Shown in pieces: positions 46,741-56,948 of a stretch of 64,000 bases of DNA. The DNA lies in NCBI GenBank assembly GCA_030587475.2, contig JAUQYZ020000059.1, positions 1-64,000 of the forward strand, read 5' to 3'. The translations under genes and the position numbers were made by a program. Positions within the stretch are counted from its first letter, which is position 1. Each line of letters starts with the position of its first letter. The DNA comes from Candidatus Sigynarchaeum calidifontis. GTDB lineage: Archaea; Asgardarchaeota; Lokiarchaeia; Sigyniarchaeales; Sigyniarchaeaceae. The notes beneath the pieces were generated by a model. The model worked only from the letters and a program-made list of their open reading frames with translations, was not told where the DNA came from and searched no databases.

Positions 46741-48048
46741 ATGATTTTGCATATGCCAGATCCAGCAGAAACGATCGGCCACTTCGAGGAATGGGGGCCT
46801 TACCTCTCGTATGGTGCCGATCCCGCGACGATGATGACCATCGCGTGGCGCTCCAAGAATCCGACCGCGGGTGCCTGGGTCAAGTATGGAAAAACGCCGG
46901 ATTGCGACAAGATCGCAAAAGAGGAGGCCAAGATAGCCACCCGGCATCACGTGGTGCGGCTGACCGGCCTCGAGCCCGCAACCGTGTACCATTACAAGAT
47001 CAGCAGGGACGCGGACACGGCGTGGACGTTTGAAACCGGCCTCCCCGCGGGATCCAAGAAACCTTTCGAGTTCGTCATTAACGGCGACATGCACGCGTAC
47101 CCGTGCAACCGGCTCGACCGGTATTTCCAGCTCATGAACTCCGAGGCACCGGATCACGATTTTTACATTGGCCTTGGTGATTTCATCAACGACGGGCTTG
47201 ACATCACGCACTGGAATTCGTTCTTCTACGACGCGCGGGAGTACATGGCCACGCGCCCCTTGATGAACGCCACGGGGAACCACGACACGAACAACAAGGA
47301 GAAATACCAGAATTACCTTGACGCGTTTTTCCACCCTTATGTTAATCCCGCAGAAGGTGCCTATTATCTTCTCGAGTACGGGAACGCGGTACTCTTTTTC
47401 ATCGACAGCTGCAACGCCGGGCGTGGAGAGCCACTCCCCGGCGATGAGCAATATGCGTGGCTGGAGGAGAACTTGAAAAAGCAAGCGAAGAAGGACCGGT
47501 GGATTTTCCTCTTCTTGCACCACCAGATCTACTCGACCGGTGATTTTGGCTGCCCGGTCATCATGAACGACGTGTTCCGGCCATTATGCCAGGAATATCA
47601 CGTCGATGCCGTGTTTTACGGCCACGACCACCACTACGAGTGCTTTTGGGTCGATCGCGACGCGGACTGGGGCGGCACGCTTTTTTTCGTGGCCGGTGCA
47701 GGTGGCGGGCAGCACCACGTCGACCACGGCATCATGGGCGACCGGGATGGCAAGACCAAGTATGTCTGGCCCGGCCGGTTCCTCAACGTCCGCAAGCACG
47801 GCATCCCGCCCCCATCGCCGAAATCCGATGGCACCACGCTGGGCTTCCGCAACGACCAATTGGTGAAGGAATGCCAGCTCATCGGGGTGCTCGAGCCGAA
47901 CTTCGTGCTTGTCCGCATCGACGGCGACGTGATGGAGCTCAAGTGCATCGGCTGGCAGAAGCAAGTGTTCCACCACCTGCGCGTGAAGCGAGCCGGCGCC
48001 GGGCGCAAGTGGGACGCGTCGTGCGAGATCCACAAGATTGATTACTAA
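46741..48048 (+). CDS. Metallophosphoesterase, purple acid phosphatase type with FN3-like N-domain
   Basis: HVVRLTGLEPATVYHY, GDMH, GDFI, GNHD, HHQIY, GHDHHYE; start 46720-46753. Confidence 0.9.
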   Translation: MILHMPDPAETIGHFEEWGPYLSYGADPATMMTIAWRSKNPTAGAWVKYGKTPDCDKIAKEEAKIATRHHVVRLTGLEPATVYHYKISRDADTAWTFETGLPAGSKKPFEFVINGDMHAYPCNRLDRYFQLMNSEAPDHDFYIGLGDFINDGLDITHWNSFFYDAREYMATRPLMNATGNHDTNNKEKYQNYLDAFFHPYVNPAEGAYYLLEYGNAVLFFIDSCNAGRGEPLPGDEQYAWLEENLKKQAKKDRWIFLFLHHQIYSTGDFGCPVIMNDVFRPLCQEYHVDAVFYGHDHHYECFWVDRDADWGGTLFFVAGAGGGQHHVDHGIMGDRDGKTKYVWPGRFLNVRKHGIPPPSPKSDGTTLGFRNDQLVKECQLIGVLEPNFVLVRIDGDVMELKCIGWQKQVFHHLRVKRAGAGRKWDASCEIHKIDY

Positions 48049-48068
48049 CCGTTGCTTCTGGATTCATC

Positions 48069-48497
48069 ATGGCTGTCGAAAAGCGCCTCAAGATTCACAC
48101 CGATGGTGGAAGCAGGGGGAATCCCGGCCCCGCTGCGATCGGTATCGTGCTTGAAGGCCCCGATGGCGAGATCATCAAGGAATTCAAGCGGCACATCGGA
48201 AAGGCCACGAACAATCAAGCGGAATACGAGGCGCTCATTGAAGGCTTGAAGCTTGCCAGGCTATACTGGAACGGGCCTGTCGAATGCTTTTCCGACAGCG
48301 AGTTACTCATCAAGCAAGTGAACGGCGAGTATGACGTCAAGAACAAGGCACTCAAGGTCGCTCACGCAGCGGTTGAAAAATTTGCCAAGCAATTCCCGTC
48401 CATCAAGTTCACCCACGTGCGTCGCGAGGACAAGGTACAAGCCATCGCCGACAAGCTCGTGAACGAGGCACTCGACGAGGAAATGGGGAAAAAATAA
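48069..48497 (+). CDS. rnhA: Ribonuclease HI
   Basis: TDGGSRGNPGPA, TNNQAEYEAL, DSEL, HVRRE, ADKLVNEALD. Confidence 0.95.
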   Translation: MAVEKRLKIHTDGGSRGNPGPAAIGIVLEGPDGEIIKEFKRHIGKATNNQAEYEALIEGLKLARLYWNGPVECFSDSELLIKQVNGEYDVKNKALKVAHAAVEKFAKQFPSIKFTHVRREDKVQAIADKLVNEALDEEMGKK

Positions 48498-48524
48498 AAC
48501 ATTCGAGGCCGTGACACGCGCCCG

Positions 48525-50573
48525 TTAATCTTCCAGGCGCAGATCGGCCGTAAGCTTGATATCGCGTGACGATTTCCCGGCGTGGATCTTGAAGGTGCCC
48601 GGCTCGGCTATCCAATCATTCTTCTTCTCGTCGAAGAACGAGAGTGCCCGGGCATCGAGGGTTATCTTGACGGTTCGTGTCTTGCCCGGTTCCACGAACA
48701 CCTTCTCGAACCCCTTTAACTCCCTGGGTGGCCGGTCAACGCTCGATTCCACGTCCTCCACGTAGATCTGGACGACATCGGCACCCGGGCGCGAGCCCGT
48801 GTTGGTGACGTCGACGAAAACATCGATCGGCCACCCTTTCTTCACGGTCGCGGGCTCCACGCGGAAGTTTTTCCACTCGAACGTCGTGTAGGACAAGCCA
48901 TGACCGAAGGGGAACCGGGGCTCGATGCCACGCTTGTCAAAATGCCGGTATCCGATGTAAATACCCTCGGCATACTCCACGGTTGGCCCCTTGTCCTCGT
49001 CGTCGATGCCGGGATAGTTTTTCGCGCTCGCGTGTGCCGGCGAGTCCTGGAGCCGTTTCGGCACCGTGAAGGGCATCCTGCCGGACGGGTTCACGTCGCC
49101 GAACAGCACCGAGGCGAGGGCGTTCCCGGCTTCCTGGCCCGCGAACCATGCTTGCACGATCGCAGGAACGCTATCGACCCAGGGTTCTATTCCCACGGGC
49201 GTCCCGCTCACGAGCACGACGACCGTGCGCGGTACTTGCGCGACGGTCTGCTTGATGAGGTTAGATTGGCTTGCTGGAATTTCAAACTCGGTACGATCGT
49301 AACTTTCCGATTCTCCGAGACTTTTATGGTCGAGCCCGGTGACCACGATGGCTACATCAGCACCGGCCGGGTCATCCGTGATTTGCAGCTTCCCCTTGCA
49401 CCGCTCCTTGATGCCTTCGAGGGGGGTCACCTCGTAAGGACTGCGTACCTGGGAGCTGCCCCCGCCCTCGCCCATCTTGACGTCGGCGTTCATCCCGACG
49501 ACGGCGATCCGCTTCACCTTCGAAACATCGATGGGCAAGGTTTCTTTCTCGTTTTTCAACAGCACGATGCCCTCCTCTGCGATCTTGCGCGCGATCGACC
49601 TGTGTTCCATGGTGTTCCTGCTTCCCTTGGGCCGCTTCGCCGGGGCATCGAACAGCCCGACGAGGAACATGACCCGCAAGAGCCTTCGCAAGTTGTCGTC
49701 CAGCTGGGACATGGTGCAGGTCCCGGCATCGAGCTCCTTCTTGATCCAGTCCCGCGTGTACCTGTTCGTCGCCGGCATTTCAAGGCTGAGTCCAGCGCGC
49801 ATGCAGCCAGCCGGGCTCTCGATGAAATTCGTCGCGCCCCAGTCGCTCACGAGGAACCCGCGGCATTTCCACTTGTTCATGAGCAATTCCCGGACGATGT
49901 GCTCTTGCTCGCAACCCCACTTGCCGTTGATCCGGTTGTAAGATGCCATGAAGGACCACGCGTCGGCTTCCTTGGCTGCCGCCTCGAACGCGGGCAAGTA
50001 GATCTCCTGCAACGCCCGCTCGGACACGCGCACGTCGACCCAGTTGCGCCAGATCTCCTGGTTGTTGCACGCGAAGTGTTTGATGCAAGCGGAAACACGC
50101 TTGCTCTGGATCCCTTGAATTGTTGGCACGACCATCCGGGAGTTGAGATATGGATCCTCGGTCTGGTATTCAAAATTCCGGCCGCATAACGGCGTGCGGA
50201 TGATGTTCACGCCGGGCCCGAGTATCACGTGATACCCGATGTCGAGCACCTCCTCGGCCAGTGCCGCGCCGAACTGGTGCATCAAGGCCGGGTTCCACGT
50301 CGCCGCGCGGCAAGTGCCCGTGGGAAAATACGTGCACACCGCGTTGTTCGAAGAGTGCGGGCCGATGCCATGCGGACCATCGGTCATGTACATGGGCTTG
50401 ATGCCCAGGCGCTCGATTTCACGCGTCGACCAGTTCGTGGCACCGGAAAGGAGATCGATCTTCTCGTCCAGCGTTAGCCGATTGAGCAAATCAGAAACGC
50501 GGGTTTCGAGCAGCATTTTCTCGTCCGTGTATAACGGCGTGTTTTGCCCCTTGTCATCAACATCTGTCGTCAT
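48525..50573 (-). CDS. Glycoside hydrolase family 3 beta-glucosidase
   Basis: TDGPHG, GRNFE, IKHF, VSDW (nucleophile Asp), VLLKN, PSGRMP, FPFGHGLSYT, FN3-like tail. Confidence 0.95.
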   Translation of the reverse strand: MTTDVDDKGQNTPLYTDEKMLLETRVSDLLNRLTLDEKIDLLSGATNWSTREIERLGIKPMYMTDGPHGIGPHSSNNAVCTYFPTGTCRAATWNPALMHQFGAALAEEVLDIGYHVILGPGVNIIRTPLCGRNFEYQTEDPYLNSRMVVPTIQGIQSKRVSACIKHFACNNQEIWRNWVDVRVSERALQEIYLPAFEAAAKEADAWSFMASYNRINGKWGCEQEHIVRELLMNKWKCRGFLVSDWGATNFIESPAGCMRAGLSLEMPATNRYTRDWIKKELDAGTCTMSQLDDNLRRLLRVMFLVGLFDAPAKRPKGSRNTMEHRSIARKIAEEGIVLLKNEKETLPIDVSKVKRIAVVGMNADVKMGEGGGSSQVRSPYEVTPLEGIKERCKGKLQITDDPAGADVAIVVTGLDHKSLGESESYDRTEFEIPASQSNLIKQTVAQVPRTVVVLVSGTPVGIEPWVDSVPAIVQAWFAGQEAGNALASVLFGDVNPSGRMPFTVPKRLQDSPAHASAKNYPGIDDEDKGPTVEYAEGIYIGYRHFDKRGIEPRFPFGHGLSYTTFEWKNFRVEPATVKKGWPIDVFVDVTNTGSRPGADVVQIYVEDVESSVDRPPRELKGFEKVFVEPGKTRTVKITLDARALSFFDEKKNDWIAEPGTFKIHAGKSSRDIKLTADLRLED

Positions 50574-50690
50574 GATGGGTTCTCTCTGGTTGATCTTGCC
50601 AGAATTGCATCATCTAATCGTAGCGAAGTGTGGATTCGCTTTCCTAGTTGGTCTGAGGGCATTAATACATCCGGTTGCATATCATCGATC

Positions 50691-51260
50691 ATGAAGGTCA
50701 TCATGATCAATGCCTCGGCACGAGGTAAACAAGGAAACACGCAGATCCTACTCGAAACCGTGGCACAAAGATTGAATGAAAGAAACATCGATACCGAGAT
50801 CATCACGCTCGCCGATAAAAAATTGCATCCATGCAAGGCTTGCGGTGGTTGTGCTGGTAAAAAGAGATGTGTTCAAGATGACGATGTCAATGCCATTTAC
50901 CAGAAGATGGTCGAGGCGGATGGCATCATTCTCGGCTCGCCCGTGTATTTTGGAAACGTGGCTTCCCGGATGCAAATGCTGATCGAGCGGACGGGATACA
51001 TCGCTCGTGGCAACGAGAATCCCTTCAAGGGCAAGCTCGGGGCCCCTGTCGTGGTCGCCCGGCGTGCAGGGACGACATTCGTGTACGCCGCGTTGAACTA
51101 CTTTTTCGGGATTGCCGAGATGCCGATTGTCACGAGTTCATACTGGAACATGGCGATCGGCCGCGAGCCAGGTTCGGTTACCAAGGACGACGAAGGCATC
51201 AAGACCATGAACACGCTTGGCAAGAACATGGCAGACTTGTTATCCAAGCTCCACGCGTGA
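50691..51260 (+). CDS. Iron-sulfur flavoprotein (flavodoxin family)
   Basis: INASAR..GNT, CKACGGC....C, GSPVYFG. Confidence 0.92.
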   Translation: MKVIMINASARGKQGNTQILLETVAQRLNERNIDTEIITLADKKLHPCKACGGCAGKKRCVQDDDVNAIYQKMVEADGIILGSPVYFGNVASRMQMLIERTGYIARGNENPFKGKLGAPVVVARRAGTTFVYAALNYFFGIAEMPIVTSSYWNMAIGREPGSVTKDDEGIKTMNTLGKNMADLLSKLHA

Positions 51261-51266
51261 ACGATC

Positions 51267-52409
51267 ATGGACGCGCACGAGCGGGTATTTAGAGCCTTGA
51301 GCCACGAGGAACCGGATCGAGTCCCGACTTTCGTGCAACACCTGGAACCGCCGTTCATCAAGAAATACGACGAGGAGATCGAGCTCAAGAGCGATTATGG
51401 TCTCAAGGGCGGGTTCGATCTCATGATCGCTACCGAGCTCGGCCTCGATTCGAAATGGAATCACGGCGCGGGGGTCGGCCCCCGGTCGAACAAGGACATG
51501 CCGGAGGTGCCGGCCGACATATTAAAAGACGCAACACGCGGCTTGGATAATTATTTCATTAGCTCGGACGGGTCCCTCCACGCGAGGAATTCCGCGGGCG
51601 AAAGCTGGTACCAGGATGGCCTCTTGCATACCCCCGAACTCTTGAAGGCGTGGATCTCGTTCATTAAAAGCTTCGTGCCGAGCGACGAGAAATACCTCAA
51701 GTACCTCGAAGAGGACATCTGGAAGGCCGGCTTGAAAAACGACATCGTGTTCATCCCGACCGCTGGTGGGCCCGTGTACACGACGTGGTCATCCATCGGC
51801 TTGAAGCATTTTGCCTACGTCACGCGAAAATACCTTCCTCTCGTCAAGCAACTCATCAACGCGTGGAAAGAAAAGACGATCGAGATCCACACGCTCTTGT
51901 TCGAGCACGGCATGGACATCGTGTTCACGTGCGATGACCACGCGTTCAAGGGGCACCAGATCTTCCGGCCGGGGTTGTGGGACGAGCTCGTCTTGCCCGT
52001 GTACGTCGACATCGCAGCCAACGCGCACAAGCACGGTGCGCGGTACTGCGTGCATACGGATGGCAATTTACACGACGAGATCGCGGGCCTCGTCAAGGCC
52101 AAGGTCGACGGCGTGGATCCCCTCGAGTACGAGGCCGGCAACCGCCTCAAGCCGCTCAAGGAGCAATTCGGGACGAAGATTTGTTTCATCGGAAACGTGC
52201 CCTCGTCGGACGTGCTCTCCTTCGGGTCGGTCGAAGACACGGTACACATCACCAAGCAGCAGATCCTCGAGGCCGGGGAAGGCGGGAGCTATATTAGCGC
52301 CCCCGGGTCGGACGTGCTCGGCACCGTGAAGCCGAAAAACCTCCAGGCATGGATCGCCACGGTTAAAAAATTCGGTAACTACCCGCTGGACAAGGCCCGG
52401 CTCGGGTGA
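51267..52409 (+). CDS. Uroporphyrinogen decarboxylase/MtaA-like family protein
   Basis: ERVFRAL..EEPDRVP, CDD, HTDGN, ICFIGNV, GGSYI. Confidence 0.85.
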   Translation: MDAHERVFRALSHEEPDRVPTFVQHLEPPFIKKYDEEIELKSDYGLKGGFDLMIATELGLDSKWNHGAGVGPRSNKDMPEVPADILKDATRGLDNYFISSDGSLHARNSAGESWYQDGLLHTPELLKAWISFIKSFVPSDEKYLKYLEEDIWKAGLKNDIVFIPTAGGPVYTTWSSIGLKHFAYVTRKYLPLVKQLINAWKEKTIEIHTLLFEHGMDIVFTCDDHAFKGHQIFRPGLWDELVLPVYVDIAANAHKHGARYCVHTDGNLHDEIAGLVKAKVDGVDPLEYEAGNRLKPLKEQFGTKICFIGNVPSSDVLSFGSVEDTVHITKQQILEAGEGGSYISAPGSDVLGTVKPKNLQAWIATVKKFGNYPLDKARLG

Positions 52410-52471
52410 TGTTCAATCCGAAAAGTCATGAGCCGGGATTTAATGCCGCGATCATCGCTCGGCGAGTTCGA

Positions 52472-53734
52472 TCAATGTTTCCTATAATATGCGGCTACTT
52501 TGGCCACGCCCTCGACCATCTCGTCGATGTCCTGTTCCGTGTAGAATTCCGTGATGTTAAGATTGAACGTGTGCTCGTAAGCATCCTCCGCGTTGGGACA
52601 TGACCCTTTTGGATATGCAGCACTGCTCCACAAGTCCTTCGACACGAACGGGAGCTTGCTATCGGGGAAAGCAGATTGCTTCTGGAAAATGTCGTACATG
52701 TACGTGGGCATGCCGCCCGTGATCTTGTTCGGCTCGTTCGGGATGCCCTCCGCGTCGAGGGCCTTGCAGAACTCGGGCACCGGAACCTTGATCCGCTTCG
52801 GATCAACGCGCACGACGAGCAAGAAAAACGAGTGCTGGCAATGATCCGGTATCTTCATGGGGATGATGCCCTCGATGCCTTGGAGGCCCTTCACGAGTCG
52901 CATGCCGAGCTTGTTCCGGCGGTCGACGATGCCCGCGACCTTGTCCAGCTGGGCGATCGCCACCGCACCTTGCAGCTCGCTCATCTGGTAATTCGGCGCG
53001 AGGAAGTAGGGATTTCGCTTCCTGCCGTCGCGGAAATAGCACTTGTCGACGAAGAGCTTGGCGATTTCCTCGAGCTCGTCGTTGTTGGTCATGACCGCGC
53101 CGCCAGACCCGCAGTTGATGAGCTTGAAATGGTTGAAGCTGAACGTGGAGATGTCACCGAACGTACCAACGAGATTTCCCTTGTATCGCGTGTACCATGC
53201 TTGCGCGCAGTCCTCGATGACCGGCAAGCCCTTGTCCGTGGCGATCTCGAGGATCTCGTCGATCTCGGCCGGTAACCCCGCGTGGTGAACGACGATGATC
53301 GCGCCCGTCTTCTTGTTGACGAGTTTCCTCACGCTTCCTGGATCCATGTTGTACGTCTCGGGATCGATGTCTGCAAATCGTGGAATGAGCAGCTGGTAGA
53401 GCGCGCCGGTCAGCGTGCCCATGTCGGTGACCGACGACGTGATGACCTCTGTGCCGGGGGGCAAGCGGAGAGTGCCAAGGGCGACGTGCACGGCGGCGGT
53501 TCCAGAGGAACAGCCGTTGCAATGCTTCATGCCGTACATGTTCTTGAGCTTCGCTTCCATCTCCTTCACTTTTTTGCCGATGGCATAAAACAGGACATCG
53601 CTATCTATTACTTCATCGAGTTGTCTCCTTTCCGCTTCCCCGAACCGCTTGCCCGTGCCGAACGGGCAAGTCTTGGCCTTCGGGCCGCCGAGCAGCGCGA
53701 GCTTCTTGCCTTCCTGGGACATGAATTCAACCAT
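52472..53734 (-). CDS. DegT/DnrJ/EryC1/StrS PLP aminotransferase
   Basis: SSGTAA, VIEDCAQA, FSFNHFK (PLP Lys), NYQMSELQGA. Confidence 0.93.
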   Translation of the reverse strand: MVEFMSQEGKKLALLGGPKAKTCPFGTGKRFGEAERRQLDEVIDSDVLFYAIGKKVKEMEAKLKNMYGMKHCNGCSSGTAAVHVALGTLRLPPGTEVITSSVTDMGTLTGALYQLLIPRFADIDPETYNMDPGSVRKLVNKKTGAIIVVHHAGLPAEIDEILEIATDKGLPVIEDCAQAWYTRYKGNLVGTFGDISTFSFNHFKLINCGSGGAVMTNNDELEEIAKLFVDKCYFRDGRKRNPYFLAPNYQMSELQGAVAIAQLDKVAGIVDRRNKLGMRLVKGLQGIEGIIPMKIPDHCQHSFFLLVVRVDPKRIKVPVPEFCKALDAEGIPNEPNKITGGMPTYMYDIFQKQSAFPDSKLPFVSKDLWSSAAYPKGSCPNAEDAYEHTFNLNITEFYTEQDIDEMVEGVAKVAAYYRKH

Positions 53735-53921
53735 CCACGACGTGCAGCCGTTTTAACACCGGTTGGGGCGGCATCGAATAAAGCTTTGCCCGCGACGATC
53801 TAGCTGGAAAAAGATTGCGATCTGCATGTTCTTCCACTTGCTCGTCTTCTGGAAGTCGAACGAGCCCCTCGCCTGTTGAAAAAGGAAAGAAACGGGAAAA
53901 CACTTCTGCTCTCGTGGATGG

Positions 53922-56093
53922 TTACACGAGATGCGCGCTTCTTTGTTTTTTCTTTTTAATGAGTAAAATTGTCGTTGACAGGCCAAAGAACACGATGCTC
54001 ATCCCGAATGACAAGGCACCGAGCATATAAGTGTCATCATCGATGGCCGGGGCCATGTCGCCGGTCACGTTCACGATCACGTCGTCTTGCGCGATGCCAC
54101 CGAGACCGTCGTACACGATTATGGTAAAGTTATAGCGGGCAACAACAAGACCGTCGAGAGAAATGATGACCGGATCAATCGAAGTCCAAGTACCCGTGTT
54201 ACAAACGATCCCGTCCCTCACGATCACGTAGGTCTGGTTTGTGCTGCTCAGATCTGTTATGAACCACGCGATCTGGTTTCCCACCGTGTTAACTTTATAT
54301 TCGATGTCCGCGGGGTGCGAGATCACCGGGTCCACGTTGAACACGGTCACGATCGCGGAATCTTGGCTTGTCAATTCTCCATCGCTGGCCTTGATCGTGT
54401 AATTATGCACCCCGATACCCAGGCCATCGACGTTCACGTTCATCGTGGTGCTGTAATTCCATGATCCAGAAAAAATCTGAAACCCGTCGTGAAATATTCC
54501 AACACTACCATTCATCGCACTGGGATCTGAAATGTTCCAGGTGATTTGATTTCCCACCGTCCCGTATTCGTATGCTAAGGAACCGGGATGCGAGATTCTT
54601 GGCGGGTCATCCAGCACCTTCACGATGACCGAATCGTAAACGGGCGCATTAATGTTGTCCGAAGCGATGATCGTGAAATTATACGTTCCTGATGGCAAGC
54701 CATCGACGTTCACATTTATCAAGGTGCCGTTTGACCAGCTCTCGTTCCCGTATCCTGGTAAAAGCGTTCCATTTTTGTAAACCGAGAACGTTGGAACATC
54801 GATTTGCGTGCTCGTGATAACCCACCCGATAAAATTGCCCGGCATAGATTCATGGATGGTCATGTCCGGTGGCGAGGACACGCTGATGAACGAAGTTTCG
54901 ACAGCGGCGCGCATGATCTGGAAAATGTCGACGAGGTGGCTGGCATTCTCGATGCTATCCGTGTATGGACCCATCCCGGCTAGATACACGTGCGTGCTCG
55001 TGTGTCCCGTCGTGGAAAAGGTGACTGCAATTTCGTTCGTTCTATTCGTTCGCTTCGCGATCTTCGTGGCGAGGCCATCTTGCTCCAGTGGCAAGCCGGT
55101 GATGAAATTGTACGAATCAATGGTTAAACCCCCGGTTTCATGATCCGCGCAAACGATTAGCTGGAGATTGTTATTTTTTTCCGCGATAGATTTTGCATAA
55201 CGAAATGCCTTCTCGAACTCAATGACCTCGTGGGCGATTCCAACCTTGTTATTGGCGTGGCAGCAAGTATCGATCTGGGAACCTTCGACGAGGAGTACGA
55301 ATGGCTTGCCACTCGCGTTGAGGAGCTCGATACCTTTCGTGACCATCTCTGTCAAGGTGGGCTCGGTGGAAGCGGTTGTCCTGTCCATCTCTAAGCCCAT
55401 GTTGCCCGCGTTGAACAAGCCGAGGACGGGCAAGGCGGCCACTCCCGCGAGCCCTGCCCGGCTCGTGACGTACGTGTACCCGTTTGCTTGGAGGCTCGCG
55501 ATTTGCGTGCCGAAATACGTCGAACTGCTCCCGCCTCCGAGCAACAAATCAATGCCCGCGTATGCCATGTCCGCGGCGATGTCGACGTAATTACCACGGT
55601 TGTCGTTGTGGGCGGCGAAGCCGGCCGGCGTCGCGTCGTTCATGAATTTCGTCACGATGATGCCCGTCGCATATCCCCTTGCCTCCGCGAGCTCGAGGAT
55701 CGTGGGCACCGATTGGTACATCGCGTTTTTCCCTATCACGTAATTGTGGGTCTTGTATCCCGTGGCGATCGCCGTGGCTGCCGCGGCGCTGTCCGTGGTC
55801 GTATCGTCGACGTTGTTCGTGTCGATGAATTGGTGGAATGGCAATTGCAGGATGCTCGAGTTACCATCCGGGCCATATTCGACCAGCCTTCCGAGCTCGA
55901 TCTGGTTGGGGCCCATCCCGTCGCCGATAAAAATGATCACGCTCGGCCGGGGACTTTGACCCAGTGTAACAGCGGTTTGAATGCCGGAATAGCCTTTTAA
56001 ACCCAATTTATCGAACACTGGCAAGGTAACGGGGAGAAAAATTCCGGCCAACAAGAGAACGGGTGCAATCACTCCACGACCGTGCATCGCCAT
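53922..56093 (-). CDS. phoA: Membrane-anchored alkaline phosphatase with three Ig-like stalk repeats
   Basis: FIGDGMG, TDSAAAATA (catalytic Ser), ATPA, VEGSQID..H, ADHETGG; three repeats ending DSVIVKV/DSAIVTV/DDVIVNV; TM plus KKKK. Confidence 0.9.
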   Translation of the reverse strand: MAMHGRGVIAPVLLLAGIFLPVTLPVFDKLGLKGYSGIQTAVTLGQSPRPSVIIFIGDGMGPNQIELGRLVEYGPDGNSSILQLPFHQFIDTNNVDDTTTDSAAAATAIATGYKTHNYVIGKNAMYQSVPTILELAEARGYATGIIVTKFMNDATPAGFAAHNDNRGNYVDIAADMAYAGIDLLLGGGSSSTYFGTQIASLQANGYTYVTSRAGLAGVAALPVLGLFNAGNMGLEMDRTTASTEPTLTEMVTKGIELLNASGKPFVLLVEGSQIDTCCHANNKVGIAHEVIEFEKAFRYAKSIAEKNNNLQLIVCADHETGGLTIDSYNFITGLPLEQDGLATKIAKRTNRTNEIAVTFSTTGHTSTHVYLAGMGPYTDSIENASHLVDIFQIMRAAVETSFISVSSPPDMTIHESMPGNFIGWVITSTQIDVPTFSVYKNGTLLPGYGNESWSNGTLINVNVDGLPSGTYNFTIIASDNINAPVYDSVIVKVLDDPPRISHPGSLAYEYGTVGNQITWNISDPSAMNGSVGIFHDGFQIFSGSWNYSTTMNVNVDGLGIGVHNYTIKASDGELTSQDSAIVTVFNVDPVISHPADIEYKVNTVGNQIAWFITDLSSTNQTYVIVRDGIVCNTGTWTSIDPVIISLDGLVVARYNFTIIVYDGLGGIAQDDVIVNVTGDMAPAIDDDTYMLGALSFGMSIVFFGLSTTILLIKKKKQRSAHLV

Positions 56094-56139
56094 GATTTCT
56101 CCAGGCCGTTGATGATCGTGAAAAAAAGAAATTAAAAGT

Positions 56140-56724
56140 TCAGTACTCCTCGGCTTTGACCTGATAGAAACTCTTGGGCTTGCCGCAGAGGGGACATTTC
56201 TCGGGCGGGGACGTGCCATCGTGCATGTAACCGCATTCCCTGCAAACCCACGAGGTCTTCTTTGTTTTCTTGAAGACCGTGCCCCCTTCGACCTCCTTGA
56301 TGAGCTTGTTGTACCGCTCCTCGTGGTGGACCTCGGCCATCTTGATCGTGCCGAACGCCACGGCGATGTCCTTGTTCCCCTCGGACTCGGCGATCTTGGC
56401 GAAATCGGGGTACATGATCTGGTGCTCGTATTTCTCGCCCCCGGCGGCCGCTTTCAAGTTCTCGAGCGTGTTGCCGAGTTCCAGCGGGACGCCCACGTCG
56501 CCGATCTTGAGCTCGGACACTTTTTCCTTCGCTTTCAAGGTTTGCATGATCCCGAACAGCTTCTTTGCATGTTCCTTTTCTTGATCGGCCGTTTCCCTGA
56601 AGATGCCCGCTATTTGCTCGAAGCCCTCGTCGGCTGCCACTTTCGCGTAGAACGTGTACCGGTTTCGCGCTTGCGACTCCCCGAGGTATGCCCTCGCAAC
56701 GCATTCTAGTGTCTTGCTAACCAT
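56140..56724 (-). CDS. rbr: Rubrerythrin
   Basis: GESQARNRY, EKEHA, GEKYE, EVHH, WVCRECG...CPLC. Confidence 0.95.
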   Translation of the reverse strand: MVSKTLECVARAYLGESQARNRYTFYAKVAADEGFEQIAGIFRETADQEKEHAKKLFGIMQTLKAKEKVSELKIGDVGVPLELGNTLENLKAAAGGEKYEHQIMYPDFAKIAESEGNKDIAVAFGTIKMAEVHHEERYNKLIKEVEGGTVFKKTKKTSWVCRECGYMHDGTSPPEKCPLCGKPKSFYQVKAEEY

Positions 56725-56792
56725 GTGCATTCACCATCAAAATTACCAGGTTCAATCCAGGGTTCCCATGCGGTTATTTAAACGTGACCATC

Positions 56793-56906
56793 ATGGCGCA
56801 TCAGCGCAACCGGAGGCATGTCGTCGGCGAATGCGACAACTCGCTCATCGGGGCATCTAACGCGGCAGGCACGAAGTATTGCAAGAAGTGCGGGAAAGGA
56901 CTCTAA
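56793..56906 (+). CDS. Possible 37-aa micro-protein or zinc-ribbon remnant
   Basis: MAHQRNRRHVVGECDNSLIGASNAAGTKYCKKCGKGL*; below ORF-track cutoff; followed by oligo-T. Confidence 0.35.
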   Translation: MAHQRNRRHVVGECDNSLIGASNAAGTKYCKKCGKGL

Positions 56907-56948
56907 TCCGCTTGCTCTTTTTTTTCTTACATAGAAATCGTGGACATG

